Virus record (IMG/VR): IMGVR_UViG_3300028414_000055
Location: 1 to 25,782 of that record
Length of the DNA: 25,782 nucleotides
Source: a virus
Lineage: Duplodnaviria > Caudoviricetes
Direction: 5' to 3' (one strand)
Below the pieces are notes generated by a model. It was not told the DNA's origin. It searched no databases and saw only the letters and a program-made list of their open reading frames with translations. The translations under genes were made by a program, and so were the position numbers. This document shows positions 1 to 9,097 of this stretch, piece after piece (within the stretch, counting starts at the first letter, position 1; each line of letters opens with the position of its first letter).

Positions 1-1
1 C

Positions 2-367
2 GACAATGATTGCGAAGAAATTCAAACTAGACTTGTCGATAACCCAGATCATTTACAAGTATTAATCGATAAAGGATATGAATGTAAAGATGGTTGTTGT
101 TCTAAACAAGTAACTAAAAAAGAAGTCTTACATGCCGAATCTAATGCTATCACAAAGGTGGCCCAAACTACGATAAGTTCGACAGGGGCGGCGCTATATG
201 TCACTACCTCTCCCTGTTTTGACTGTTCAAAACTGATAATACAATCAGGAATTAAAAAGGTATATTGGACTGAAGCATATAGAGACCTATCAGGTATAGA
301 ACTATTAAAAAAAGCAAATATAGAAGTAGAAAGAATTCATCCTAAAGATTTAAACATTAATGAGTAA
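2..367 (+). CDS. dCMP deaminase (5'-truncated; ORF extends upstream of the 158 start given in the track)
   Basis: Frame 2 is open from base 2: DNDCEE...KEVLHAESNAITKVAQ...LYVTTSPCFDCSKLIIQSGIKKV. This contains the HAE and PCxxC zinc-binding motifs of the cytidine/dCMP deaminase family. Confidence 0.93.
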   Translation, partial: DNDCEEIQTRLVDNPDHLQVLIDKGYECKDGCCSKQVTKKEVLHAESNAITKVAQTTISSTGAALYVTTSPCFDCSKLIIQSGIKKVYWTEAYRDLSGIELLKKANIEVERIHPKDLNINE

Positions 368-2171
368 TATAAAAGAGATAATAGACAATGCACTAGATAA
401 GAAACTATTTGGTAAAGACTTTAAATTTAGAACTAACCAAAGAGAAACTATAGAAGCAATATGCGATTTATATCTCAAAGACCAAGAAAGTACTGTAATA
501 CTAGATGCTCCTACAGGTACAGGTAAATCTATAATAGCCTTATGGTCTTCATACGTATTAAAAGAATTAGGAAATTCAGGATATTTACTAACCTCCGACA
601 AATCACTTCAAGACCAGTACGAAAAAGACATAATTGGGTTCAAAACTGGATGGGCTTCAGTACGTGGTATCGATAATTACACTTGTGACTTAAACGGACT
701 TTCTTATAGTATGGGAGAGTGCAAGATGAGAGGTTACAGTATGAAACAGTCTTTGGCCCTTCAGTGTTCATCCACCTGTGGATATATTATTGGTCGCCAA
801 AAAGCAATCCATAGTCCCGTTACTTTAGCAAACTACAGTTGGTGGCTAATACAACAGAATTATGTTAATCTTAAGATTGCGCAGCATCAGGCAAGTTTAG
901 AGAAATCCAATACTGGGCCGAAGGCCCTTGATACTAGCATAGATTTGGATGAATATGATAATTTTTTTCCGTTTCGTAAACGGGACTTTGCTTTCTTTGA
1001 TGAAGCTCATAAAGTAGACGAAATAGTGCAGCAACATTTTTCTCCAATTTTGAAAAAATTTCCCCTTTTTTCAACGGTAGATTTGATTGACTTCTTGATT
1101 TCAGAGGGCATAAGAACTTCAACAGCTGGAAGGGCATACATTGAAGGTCTAATAGATGACATCTTGTTTGAGAAGACTAATGAAGGAATGTTCTTTAAAT
1201 TAAATAAACTCAAGACATTCTTAAGTGGTGTTCTCTCAAAAAGAAAAGATTTGCAAAAAGTAAGTAGGCATAAATTTGGAAGAAATGTTGATAAACCACT
1301 TCCTAAAAAATGGAACAAGGCTTTTAAACATTTTGACTACATAAAAGATGTTCATTGCAAATTAGAAGACTATTTAGAAATAATAGAAAAAGAAGGGCTT
1401 CAATCAATGCTCTTTAGTAAAAATATCCAAGAAGGTGAAATAAAGTTGATGTGTCTTAGTGAGGCAGCAATGATTAGAAAACATCTACATCAGAGAGCAG
1501 GCTTTAAGGTATTTATGTCAGCAACAATTGGAGACCCTAAAACCTATATTAAAGTTATGGGTATAGAAAATGCTAACGTCATTAAACTATCAAACGACTT
1601 TAATTATGAGAAGTCACCTATTATATTTGTTAATAGATTTAAGATGTCAATGCAACATAAAGAGAAAAGTCTTCCTGAAGCGATTAAGATACTAGATCAG
1701 ATACTAAGTAAACATAAGGACCAGAGAGGACTTATCCACACAGGTAGCTACGAGTTTACGCAATATATAAAACAACACTCAAATCATATTAGAAGAATTA
1801 TAGAATATAAGAATTCTTCTGAGAAAGAAGACGCATTAATAAAGTTTAAGAAGGGTGTTAATGGTATAATTATGGGGCCCTCTATTTTAGAAGGACTAGA
1901 TTTTAATGATGAATCGTGTAGATTTCAAATATTCTTTAAAATACCGTTTCCTTCATTGGGAGACCCTTTAACGATTGCAAAAATGAAAGGTTCTCCAGGG
2001 TGGTATGATTGGAAAACTGGAGTTACAATAGAACAGGGCATTGGTAGATCTGTTAGGAATTCTAAAGATTGGGCAATTACCTACATATTAGATGCCTGTT
2101 TTAATAATATAATGCATAAAACCGATTTTTTATCAGAAGATTTAAAGAATCGTATTAAAGTAATAAAGTAA
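360..2171 (+). CDS. dinG: DinG/Rad3(XPD)-family SF2 DNA helicase with putative 4Fe-4S cluster
   Basis: Q-motif FRTNQ, Walker A DAPTGTGKS, four Cys (NYTC..EC..C...C) after motif Ia, DEAH motif II, MSAT motif III, EGLDF motif V, KIPFPSLGDP, QGIGRSVR motif VI. Confidence 0.9.
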   Translation: MSNIKEIIDNALDKKLFGKDFKFRTNQRETIEAICDLYLKDQESTVILDAPTGTGKSIIALWSSYVLKELGNSGYLLTSDKSLQDQYEKDIIGFKTGWASVRGIDNYTCDLNGLSYSMGECKMRGYSMKQSLALQCSSTCGYIIGRQKAIHSPVTLANYSWWLIQQNYVNLKIAQHQASLEKSNTGPKALDTSIDLDEYDNFFPFRKRDFAFFDEAHKVDEIVQQHFSPILKKFPLFSTVDLIDFLISEGIRTSTAGRAYIEGLIDDILFEKTNEGMFFKLNKLKTFLSGVLSKRKDLQKVSRHKFGRNVDKPLPKKWNKAFKHFDYIKDVHCKLEDYLEIIEKEGLQSMLFSKNIQEGEIKLMCLSEAAMIRKHLHQRAGFKVFMSATIGDPKTYIKVMGIENANVIKLSNDFNYEKSPIIFVNRFKMSMQHKEKSLPEAIKILDQILSKHKDQRGLIHTGSYEFTQYIKQHSNHIRRIIEYKNSSEKEDALIKFKKGVNGIIMGPSILEGLDFNDESCRFQIFFKIPFPSLGDPLTIAKMKGSPGWYDWKTGVTIEQGIGRSVRNSKDWAITYILDACFNNIMHKTDFLSEDLKNRIKVIK

Positions 2172-2188
2172 TAATATAATATAGTAAT

Positions 2189-2386
2189 ATGAGTATAAGA
2201 AGATACAGAGTAGAAAGTCTTGATTTTGTTAAAAAACAATATGAAAAATGGGGTAGAGAGAAATTCTTTAACCATTATGTAAAAGGAGATGCTTTTATAG
2301 GCAATAAAGAAGGAATAGACTTTATTGACGAGGTTTTAAAAGAAAACATCGAAGGTTGGATAGTTAGAGATGAAAACGAAGACTAA
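2189..2386 (+). CDS. Hypothetical protein (65 aa)
   Basis: Fills the gap between neighbours, co-oriented, codon usage like neighbours. No recognisable motif. Confidence 0.65.
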   Translation: MSIRRYRVESLDFVKKQYEKWGREKFFNHYVKGDAFIGNKEGIDFIDEVLKENIEGWIVRDENED

Positions 2387-2397
2387 ATAAATGTGAT

Positions 2398-3045
2398 ATG
2401 GGTTTCCTAAAGAAACTTTTTGGAAAAACTAAATATAAAGTTAAAAATAGAACAATGACAGAACAAGTTGAAGAACAAGTCGATAGTAAAATATATGTTT
2501 GGACAAAATCTGAGCGTGCTGGTAAAATAGTAGTAGAAGATTCTACACGAGACGGCTGGTTATATTTTACAGATGGGTCTAGAATAAACCCTAAATTAGT
2601 TAATGAGTTTTTACAATTATGTGAAAATATGGATGAAGCTGAAGAGAATTCAAGCATATTAAGTGCAAGCGCTACAGAACCTCAAAAACCAACATCACCT
2701 CCAAGTCAAATGATAAAAGAAGTTGAAAGCCCAAATAAAATCAGTAGGCAGGTCCATGTAACCGGTGATAACCCGCAATATGTAAACGAAGAAGAGACTG
2801 CTGCTAGTAGTAGCTCTATTATATCGAGTATAGTTTCCAAGCTAAGTAAAAAGAAAAAGACAAATTTTGAAATTAAAATAGGAGTTAACGTTCCTGGAAA
2901 AACAGTGTTTAATGCTTTAAAAGAAGAATTAGGAGAAGAAGAACTTTTAGAAGGACTAGACTATCATGTAGAAAATCAAATAAATAATATAATCGAAGAT
3001 ATTAAAAATCAAGTAAAAACCCAAATATCAAAAACTTATGAGTAA
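2398..3045 (+). CDS. Hypothetical protein (215 aa): small N-terminal beta domain, S/P-rich linker, helical C-terminus
   Basis: ORF track; stop overlaps the next start (ATGAGTAA). Confidence 0.8.
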   Translation: MGFLKKLFGKTKYKVKNRTMTEQVEEQVDSKIYVWTKSERAGKIVVEDSTRDGWLYFTDGSRINPKLVNEFLQLCENMDEAEENSSILSASATEPQKPTSPPSQMIKEVESPNKISRQVHVTGDNPQYVNEEETAASSSSIISSIVSKLSKKKKTNFEIKIGVNVPGKTVFNALKEELGEEELLEGLDYHVENQINNIIEDIKNQVKTQISKTYE

Positions 3046-3406
3046 TAGAAGAGAAAAGAGAAGAATGTTTAAGCAATTAGGGATACTTAAAAAATTAAGT
3101 AAACTACAATTCATGGACCCTACTAAAGTTGAGTTTAGAAAAAGAAATAGAGCTGAGGGAAAAGCAAAACATGAGAAAATGGTTGAAGAATTAGAAAATG
3201 CAAGATATGAAAGATTAGAGCATTTGTCAGCAGCATATTTGGCTAAAATGAAAGAAGAAGGTTATAATACTAAAGAGCTTACATTATTAGAGGAAGCATT
3301 CGCTTTAAAGTCTGTAAAAACTGAAACTTATAGAGCAGATAGAAAAAAAGCAAAAGAATTAGAAACTGAAGCTTTAGCTTCTATGGAAAATAGAAATAAA
3401 AAGTAA
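3038..3406 (+). CDS. Hypothetical basic, helical/coiled-coil protein (122 aa)
   Basis: Starts MSNRREKRR; K/E/R-rich; 8-nt overlap upstream and TAATG overlap downstream. Confidence 0.8.
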   Translation: MSNRREKRRMFKQLGILKKLSKLQFMDPTKVEFRKRNRAEGKAKHEKMVEELENARYERLEHLSAAYLAKMKEEGYNTKELTLLEEAFALKSVKTETYRADRKKAKELETEALASMENRNKK

Positions 3407-3750
3407 TGATTAACATCAACATAGAATTAGCAAATAACGGAGTTATTAAAATTGTTGAAGACGATAATATTAACGGTGCTGGTGAAGTATTTACTACCAG
3501 CACTGTATATCCTTTTGAAGATGATCCGGAATTTAAAAATAGATTAAAATTCATAAATGATATTTGTTTAGATGTTGGTTTAGAAAAAGGTAGTGATTTA
3601 GACCCTAAAAAATTAGAAGTTAAAGTTACTCCAAAACCTAAAAAAATAGAAGAATTAACGGCAGTAGAATTAAAAGCTAGAATAACTAGCGCTGAAAGAC
3701 TTCTTGATAGGTATAAAAAACAACTTACCAAATATGAAGTTAAAAGTTGA
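3406..3750 (+). CDS. Hypothetical protein (114 aa)
   Basis: ORF track; TAATG coupling with the upstream gene. Confidence 0.8.
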   Translation: MININIELANNGVIKIVEDDNINGAGEVFTTSTVYPFEDDPEFKNRLKFINDICLDVGLEKGSDLDPKKLEVKVTPKPKKIEELTAVELKARITSAERLLDRYKKQLTKYEVKS

Positions 3751-4180
3751 TTGCATCTGGTGCAAAAATAAAACACAGTTCAATAAACTTGCTAAAGAAA
3801 TAAGAAAGCAAGATGATTTTGACAAAACAAAAACCCAAATAATTTCTTATAACGAAGTCTGTGATAGGTTATCTAAAAGTGACCCATTTGGACACGTTCC
3901 TTCTGATACTTTGATTTCTTTACAAATACAGAAGATGATAAGAAACTTAATTGAAAAAAACAAAAAATCAGAAACTTATCAAGAGGAAGACACTGCGTCT
4001 ATCACGTATCTCTTAAAAAACTTAGATAAAGATAATGTATTAAATTTTAAAAACTTTCTATCTGATATCTCAGGTGGTTTAGAATTTGATTTAGTAGTTA
4101 TTAGTAGAGAAGATAATTTAGACCCTTCTGTATTAAGTAAGTTTGATAACGTTAAGTTTTTAGATAATGATCAGGCATAA
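3734..4180 (+). CDS. Hypothetical protein (148 aa), possibly a degenerate P-loop kinase-like fold
   Basis: ATG at 3734 (MKLKVDCIWC) preferred over the non-ATG start at 3704. Alternating beta/alpha pattern; no intact Walker A. Confidence 0.75.
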   Translation: MKLKVDCIWCKNKTQFNKLAKEIRKQDDFDKTKTQIISYNEVCDRLSKSDPFGHVPSDTLISLQIQKMIRNLIEKNKKSETYQEEDTASITYLLKNLDKDNVLNFKNFLSDISGGLEFDLVVISREDNLDPSVLSKFDNVKFLDNDQA

Positions 4181-4760
4181 ACTCTTTTCTAAAGGAGATT
4201 CAATACATGCTTTAATCTCTACTACAACACACCCTAATATTTTATTCGCGGTTAGAGGAGTTATTTATGACATTAAGTTTGATGAATACAATCCGCAATA
4301 CCAAATTAAAATAGACAAAATGTACGAAGATGTTGCATTTGTAAAAAGGTTTTTGATTAAAGGCAGAACTATTAGAGATTTTGAAGGTGCTGACACTAGA
4401 TACAAGTTAGTTAGAAAAAACATCAAGACCATAGATGAATTTGTAGAAAAAACATATAATGGTGATAATTGGGAAAAGTATCTAGTTGTTGTAGATAGTG
4501 TATATTGTTGTAAAACAAGAAAAGAGCAAAGAGACTTCTTTAATAATATACAAACATTCCTTATAGAACAAAATCTTAAAGAATTATATGATATGAGTAC
4601 CAGAAGCCAATATAGCAAAGGAGAACTCTATTTTCATACTAGATTTGATTTCATTAATTCCCTTAAAAAATTCTTAGGAGAAAGGGCTCCAAATAATAAA
4701 GCATGGTTTGATAATTTAACTGAAAAACCCAATGTAGAAGATTTAGACAAACATATCTAA
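4167..4760 (+). CDS. Hypothetical protein (197 aa), N-terminus possibly SH3/KOW-like
   Basis: ORF track; FSKGDSIHAL...VRGVIYDI...YQIKI resembles a small beta-barrel pattern (weak). Confidence 0.8.
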   Translation: MIRHKLFSKGDSIHALISTTTHPNILFAVRGVIYDIKFDEYNPQYQIKIDKMYEDVAFVKRFLIKGRTIRDFEGADTRYKLVRKNIKTIDEFVEKTYNGDNWEKYLVVVDSVYCCKTRKEQRDFFNNIQTFLIEQNLKELYDMSTRSQYSKGELYFHTRFDFINSLKKFLGERAPNNKAWFDNLTEKPNVEDLDKHI

Positions 4761-4768
4761 ATTTATTA

Positions 4769-4777
4769 GATATATAA
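4769..4777 (+). promoter_or_regulatory. Putative phage late promoter (GATATATAA) at the start of the structural module
   Basis: Intergenic. The same RATAWATA core recurs at 10671, 11855, 13122 and 15315 and resembles the T4 late promoter TATAAATA. Confidence 0.5.
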
Positions 4778-4799
4778 TAAAAAAATCTTTTATAATTTT

Positions 4800-6536
4800 A
4801 TGGGTTTCTTTGACGATTTAGTATACAAGGCACAGGAAGCAGGAGAATGGATATACACGAATGTTAAAACCGGAGTAGATGAAGCTAAATCTGGAAGAGT
4901 TGAAGGTGCTAAAGGAAATCCTGCAAAAAGTAAAGCTGAAAGAGAACGTGCTGCTAATGCTGAATTATTAGGAAACACATCTGAGCTTGCAGATAGTCCA
5001 TCAGAAAAAGGAGATATTCCTCCTGCTTTTGACCAACTTAAAAGACCTGCAAAATATAATATCAGTGGTAAAACAAACAAAATAGAGATTTTTCAAGAAA
5101 AAGGAACTTCGCCAAGGTCTATAGCTAATAAATGGAGTTTATTTAGATACAGAGGTACTCCAATGCAGGGTATAGGAAATGATGAAGGTATACCAAAAGT
5201 TGGTTACACAAAGGCTCAAGTTTTTAGAATAGGAAACTCCGGTTCTCCTAAAAACCCAACTGCTAAAGTAATTATTGAAGAATGCGGAAAACTTACAGGT
5301 TCTCCAGGATATCAATATCGATATGAGGATTTTATTTACACAAAATATTATGGAAAAATACCTAATAACCAGTTGCTTACTCTTAGGAGATTTGCATTTC
5401 CAGTTATGGATAATATTATAAGACCTGTTCAATTTAATGCAGATGGTAAACCATTTAAAAATTTACAGCCAGCACTTGCACAAGCTGTAACTTTTATGGG
5501 TGAAAAGCCTGGAAATAACATGAAAGAAATACTTAAATTTACAGTTGGTTTTAAATGGAAAGAAGCTACTTCAGAATTACAAACTATTAATAGTCAACCT
5601 AGAGATAGAGGTAAACTTGGCGGTTTTATAGATTCCATGCCTTTTTCACAAAATATACAAGGAGGTCTTGCGGGAGAAAGTGCTTCGCAAACTAGAATAA
5701 GACAGCAACAAGGTGACGGTTATGACCCTGTAAAACAAACATATCCTAATCATGAATTTTCACCTTTAAATATAATAAAGAAAGTTAATATGAGAGAGGC
5801 TGGTTTAAATTTTAGCCAAGAATTCTCTTTAAAATTTCAATATGATTTAAAGGGTATTCCTGGTGTAAGTCCTAAACTTGCATTTTTAGATGTTCTTGCA
5901 AACCTTTTAATTTTAACATACAATGAAGCGCCGTTTTGGGGTGGAGCTGTAAGATATACAGGTGGTGGTAAAAAAGGTAAACCTTTTGGAGACCTTAAAA
6001 AACTACAAAGCGGAGATATTAAAGGATTTATGGGTAGTGTTGTTAAAGATTTAGCAGGAACTATTACAAAGGGTGTTAAAGATATTATGAAAGGTGGAGA
6101 TAGTAAAATATTAAATAATATTTTGGGTGGAGCTATGATGGACTTATTAGGAGGACCTCAAGGTGGTACAGTAGCGGCAGCATTCTTAACTGGAGACCCT
6201 ACAGGACCATGGCACCTTACAGTAGGAAATCCTCTTAACCCAATCGCTGTTATAGGAAATTTAGCATGTACTGATACTACATTTGAATTTGAAGGGCCGT
6301 TGGGTTACGAAGATTTTCCAACTACACTTAATGTAACTATTAAATTAAAACCAGGTATGCCAAGAGATAAAGGTGCTATTGAATCAATGTTTAACGCTGG
6401 TAGAGGTAGATTATATTTGGCAGAAGATGGAGTATTAGATCCTGGTGTAACTTATGATGTAGATGCGTATGGTAAAGTACAGGGAGACAAAAACGGAAAC
6501 TTAGCTAGAGCTGCGGCAAAATTTGCAAACGGATAA
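4800..6536 (+). CDS. Virion/baseplate protein, possible tail-tube initiator (gp48/gp54-like)
   Basis: First gene of the module and directly upstream of the gp53/LysM-like gene. The C-terminal beta-rich segment (WHLTVGNPLNPIAVIGNLACTDTTFEFEGPLGYEDFPTTLNVTIKLKP) fits a tube-fold pattern. Function inferred mainly from position. Confidence 0.45.
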   Translation: MGFFDDLVYKAQEAGEWIYTNVKTGVDEAKSGRVEGAKGNPAKSKAERERAANAELLGNTSELADSPSEKGDIPPAFDQLKRPAKYNISGKTNKIEIFQEKGTSPRSIANKWSLFRYRGTPMQGIGNDEGIPKVGYTKAQVFRIGNSGSPKNPTAKVIIEECGKLTGSPGYQYRYEDFIYTKYYGKIPNNQLLTLRRFAFPVMDNIIRPVQFNADGKPFKNLQPALAQAVTFMGEKPGNNMKEILKFTVGFKWKEATSELQTINSQPRDRGKLGGFIDSMPFSQNIQGGLAGESASQTRIRQQQGDGYDPVKQTYPNHEFSPLNIIKKVNMREAGLNFSQEFSLKFQYDLKGIPGVSPKLAFLDVLANLLILTYNEAPFWGGAVRYTGGGKKGKPFGDLKKLQSGDIKGFMGSVVKDLAGTITKGVKDIMKGGDSKILNNILGGAMMDLLGGPQGGTVAAAFLTGDPTGPWHLTVGNPLNPIAVIGNLACTDTTFEFEGPLGYEDFPTTLNVTIKLKPGMPRDKGAIESMFNAGRGRLYLAEDGVLDPGVTYDVDAYGKVQGDKNGNLARAAAKFANG

Positions 6537-7594
6537 TGGAACTTAGAAGTATATTAGATAAAATAGTTGAGGCTGGTAGATTGATTCTTACTCAGCCTAC
6601 AATGTTGTTTATAAACAAGGGAAATATTAAGGTTATAAAAGAACACTATGTTACCAGCGATGAACAAGGTAGAATAGATTTAATTTGTTTAGATTATTAT
6701 AACACTGATGAACACATGGACTATCTTTTAAAATTTAATGGAATATCTGACCCTTTTTCTATAAAAGAAGGTGACATTCTAAAAATACCAGTTATTGGTA
6801 ATAATTTTAAAGCATTAGAAAGACCTGAAGAATCTAAAGATAATATAGTTAGGCAAGAATTTTTAGATACTAAAAGATTGACGCCAAAAGACCAAAAAAG
6901 AGTAGAATTTCTTAAGAAGAAACATAAACTTAAAGAGGTATTACCACCTAATGTTCTTAAAACAGGATATAAAACTTTTAAATTTACAGAAAGAGATGGC
7001 GAAAAAGCAACTGAGTTTGGAATGGGCGCTATGTTACCTGAACCAGTAAAACCTAAAAAAGATAAAATTAGAGTTTCCAAAGGTTTAGGTAATGTTGCTG
7101 ATGAAAATTGGAAAAAAGTAGATCCTGCAATATTTGATAAAGGTATGAAAGATTTAACTTTAAAAGAAGTAGATATACTTAAAAATGCAGGAATACCACT
7201 AGAAGAATTTGAAAAAGCAAAAGCTGCTAAATTAGAAGGTGATAAAAGTATTTCTGGAAAGGCAGATGTTAAAGATGTACTTGATGATAAAGGTAAAGTA
7301 ATTGGTAAAGAATCTACTAAAAAATCTATAGTATACGATGCTGGTAAAAAGACTACAACTACTACTAAAACTACGGTAAAATATGATGGTACTATAGAAA
7401 CAAGTCAGCAAACTACGTTTTCACTAGCAGGTGATAAGTCTAATAATTTAGATATTGAAAAGCAAAAGAAAAAGTCTAAGAATACTGAAAAAGGACTAGA
7501 CGAAAAACTTAAGAATAAAAAGATTCTTAAGAAAAAAGATATTCTTAAGAAAAAAGAGAGCGATAGAAGGAGTAAACGTAATAAGAAGAGATAA
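6536..7594 (+). CDS. Baseplate wedge gp53/LysM (tail X)-like protein with a long Lys-rich C-terminal extension
   Basis: HYVTSDEQGRIDLICLDYYNTDEHMDYLLKFNGISDPFSIKEGDILKIP matches the gp53/LysM-like consensus (R.DL.a..yY......i...N.i.dP..l..G..l.IP). Confidence 0.75.
   Translation: MELRSILDKIVEAGRLILTQPTMLFINKGNIKVIKEHYVTSDEQGRIDLICLDYYNTDEHMDYLLKFNGISDPFSIKEGDILKIPVIGNNFKALERPEESKDNIVRQEFLDTKRLTPKDQKRVEFLKKKHKLKEVLPPNVLKTGYKTFKFTERDGEKATEFGMGAMLPEPVKPKKDKIRVSKGLGNVADENWKKVDPAIFDKGMKDLTLKEVDILKNAGIPLEEFEKAKAAKLEGDKSISGKADVKDVLDDKGKVIGKESTKKSIVYDAGKKTTTTTKTTVKYDGTIETSQQTTFSLAGDKSNNLDIEKQKKKSKNTEKGLDEKLKNKKILKKKDILKKKESDRRSKRNKKR
7505..7558 (+). repeat. 3 x 18-bp imperfect tandem repeat encoding KLKNKK/ILKKKD/ILKKKE
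   Basis: aaacttaagaataaaaag / attcttaagaaaaaagat / attcttaagaaaaaagag. Confidence 0.7.
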
Positions 7595-9096
7595 TGGCAG
7601 AATTAGATAATAATATATTAGTAGTATCTGAACCTTCTATTAGACCTTATAAAATCGAGGTACCTAGATTAGATGAAGATGAAGGTGGAGATAAGCAAAC
7701 AAAAACTTTTGGAATTGATGTTCCTACTGTAACAATAAACGGTTATGATTTTCAAGACCATGATATTATGTCTTTTAGACTTTCAATAACTGATGAAATA
7801 CCTGAACTTACTGTAAGATTAAAAGATTCTCAAGGAACATTTGATACTTCTCAATATCCAAGAGATGGAGACGCTATTACAATATACATTGGTTCAAAAA
7901 ATGAGGATACATTTAAAAGTATTCACATGGATTTTGATATAGTTTCTATAACTTCTCCTAGAAAAGGTTTACCTCATAGTGAAAGAACTTATGGGTTTAC
8001 TGGAATTGCAAAAATACCTGGACTTTTTACAGAAGAATGTAGAGCATTTGATGAAGGTAATAGTTTAGAGCATATTCAGCAGGTTTCTTCTAATTTAGGT
8101 TTGGGAATGGCTACAAATATTAATTCAGCAAACGATTCGCAAGTAAGAATTCAGGCTTATGAAAGAACTGTTGATTTCGTGAAAGGGGTTGTAAACGCTT
8201 CATATATAAAAGAAGAAGCATTTCAGACTTTTTATATAGACCAGTATTATTATTTGAATTTTATAGAAGTAAACAAAATTTTTAATTCTAAAAATGTTAA
8301 AGGAGAAGATGGTCAAGATTTTATAACTTCATTTAGTAGGTCAGTTTCTCAAGAAAGTACAAATGAAGATAATGACCAAATAACTTCAAAACTATATTTG
8401 ACTAACAACCACTCAGCAGACGGCACTGGTAATAAAATATCTCAATGGGCTTTAAGTAATGATTCTAGCAAAATATCATTAAAGAATGGATATAAAAGAA
8501 TCCTACAGATGTACGATGAACTTGAGGGAGAAAAGCTGATAGAATTCGATATTGAATCATATACAAGCACTAATTTAAGAGATACTGAAGAACCTCTTAA
8601 AGGTAGAAGAGATGAATTTCACTACGAAAGTCACATAAAACATAAATATATCGGTAGACAGCAAGACTATTCTTTAAATGGTAATGTGCATTCTAACCAC
8701 AAATATTCGATGCTTAATAACTATCAAAATTTAAGAGAGTTAGAAAAAATACAATTAACAGTAGAGCTAGAAGCTTTTAATCCTGGACTTTATAGATATC
8801 AAAAAATTCCAGTTATAATGTACAATGTTGAGCCAACTAAGGTTGCAATGAATAAAGAGACTGATAAAGTATTAAAAGAAAAAGGGGCAAAGGCAGAAGA
8901 AAAAGCCTTTGATTTTAAGGATGAAGGAGAATCAGATGAAGGTCAAGAAGTTACACTTGATGATTTTGTTTCTGGTCACTACATCATAGGTGGTATAGAA
9001 TATATATACAGGACTGGAGAACCATCGATTAGGCAAAAATTAACTCTTTTAAGAAGAGAATGGCCAGTTTTAGCAAATAGTATTAAATATAAATAA
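7594..9096 (+). CDS. Baseplate hub protein (gp27/VgrG N-terminal-like)
   Basis: Lies between the gp53-like and spike genes. Pattern IPELTVRLKDSQG...DGDAITIYI, Q..E...DFVK, FYIDQYYYLNF, and a C-terminal SGHYIIGGIEYIY...QKLTLLRR typical of hub proteins. Confidence 0.6.
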   Translation: MAELDNNILVVSEPSIRPYKIEVPRLDEDEGGDKQTKTFGIDVPTVTINGYDFQDHDIMSFRLSITDEIPELTVRLKDSQGTFDTSQYPRDGDAITIYIGSKNEDTFKSIHMDFDIVSITSPRKGLPHSERTYGFTGIAKIPGLFTEECRAFDEGNSLEHIQQVSSNLGLGMATNINSANDSQVRIQAYERTVDFVKGVVNASYIKEEAFQTFYIDQYYYLNFIEVNKIFNSKNVKGEDGQDFITSFSRSVSQESTNEDNDQITSKLYLTNNHSADGTGNKISQWALSNDSSKISLKNGYKRILQMYDELEGEKLIEFDIESYTSTNLRDTEEPLKGRRDEFHYESHIKHKYIGRQQDYSLNGNVHSNHKYSMLNNYQNLRELEKIQLTVELEAFNPGLYRYQKIPVIMYNVEPTKVAMNKETDKVLKEKGAKAEEKAFDFKDEGESDEGQEVTLDDFVSGHYIIGGIEYIYRTGEPSIRQKLTLLRREWPVLANSIKYK

Positions 9097-9097
9097 C

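Noticed and set aside
915-927. GGGCCGAAGGCCC as a rho-independent terminator
   Set aside because: It is inside a CDS, has only a 5-bp stem, and has no U-tract on either strand.
360-2171. DinG as part of a type IV CRISPR-Cas locus
   Set aside because: No array and no recognisable Cas5/6/7 (Csf) genes nearby.
3704-3733. Track start at 3704 for the 158-aa ORF (and 158 for the deaminase)
   Set aside because: These are non-ATG starts. The ATG at 3734 gives a shorter overlap, and the deaminase HAE motif lies upstream of 158.
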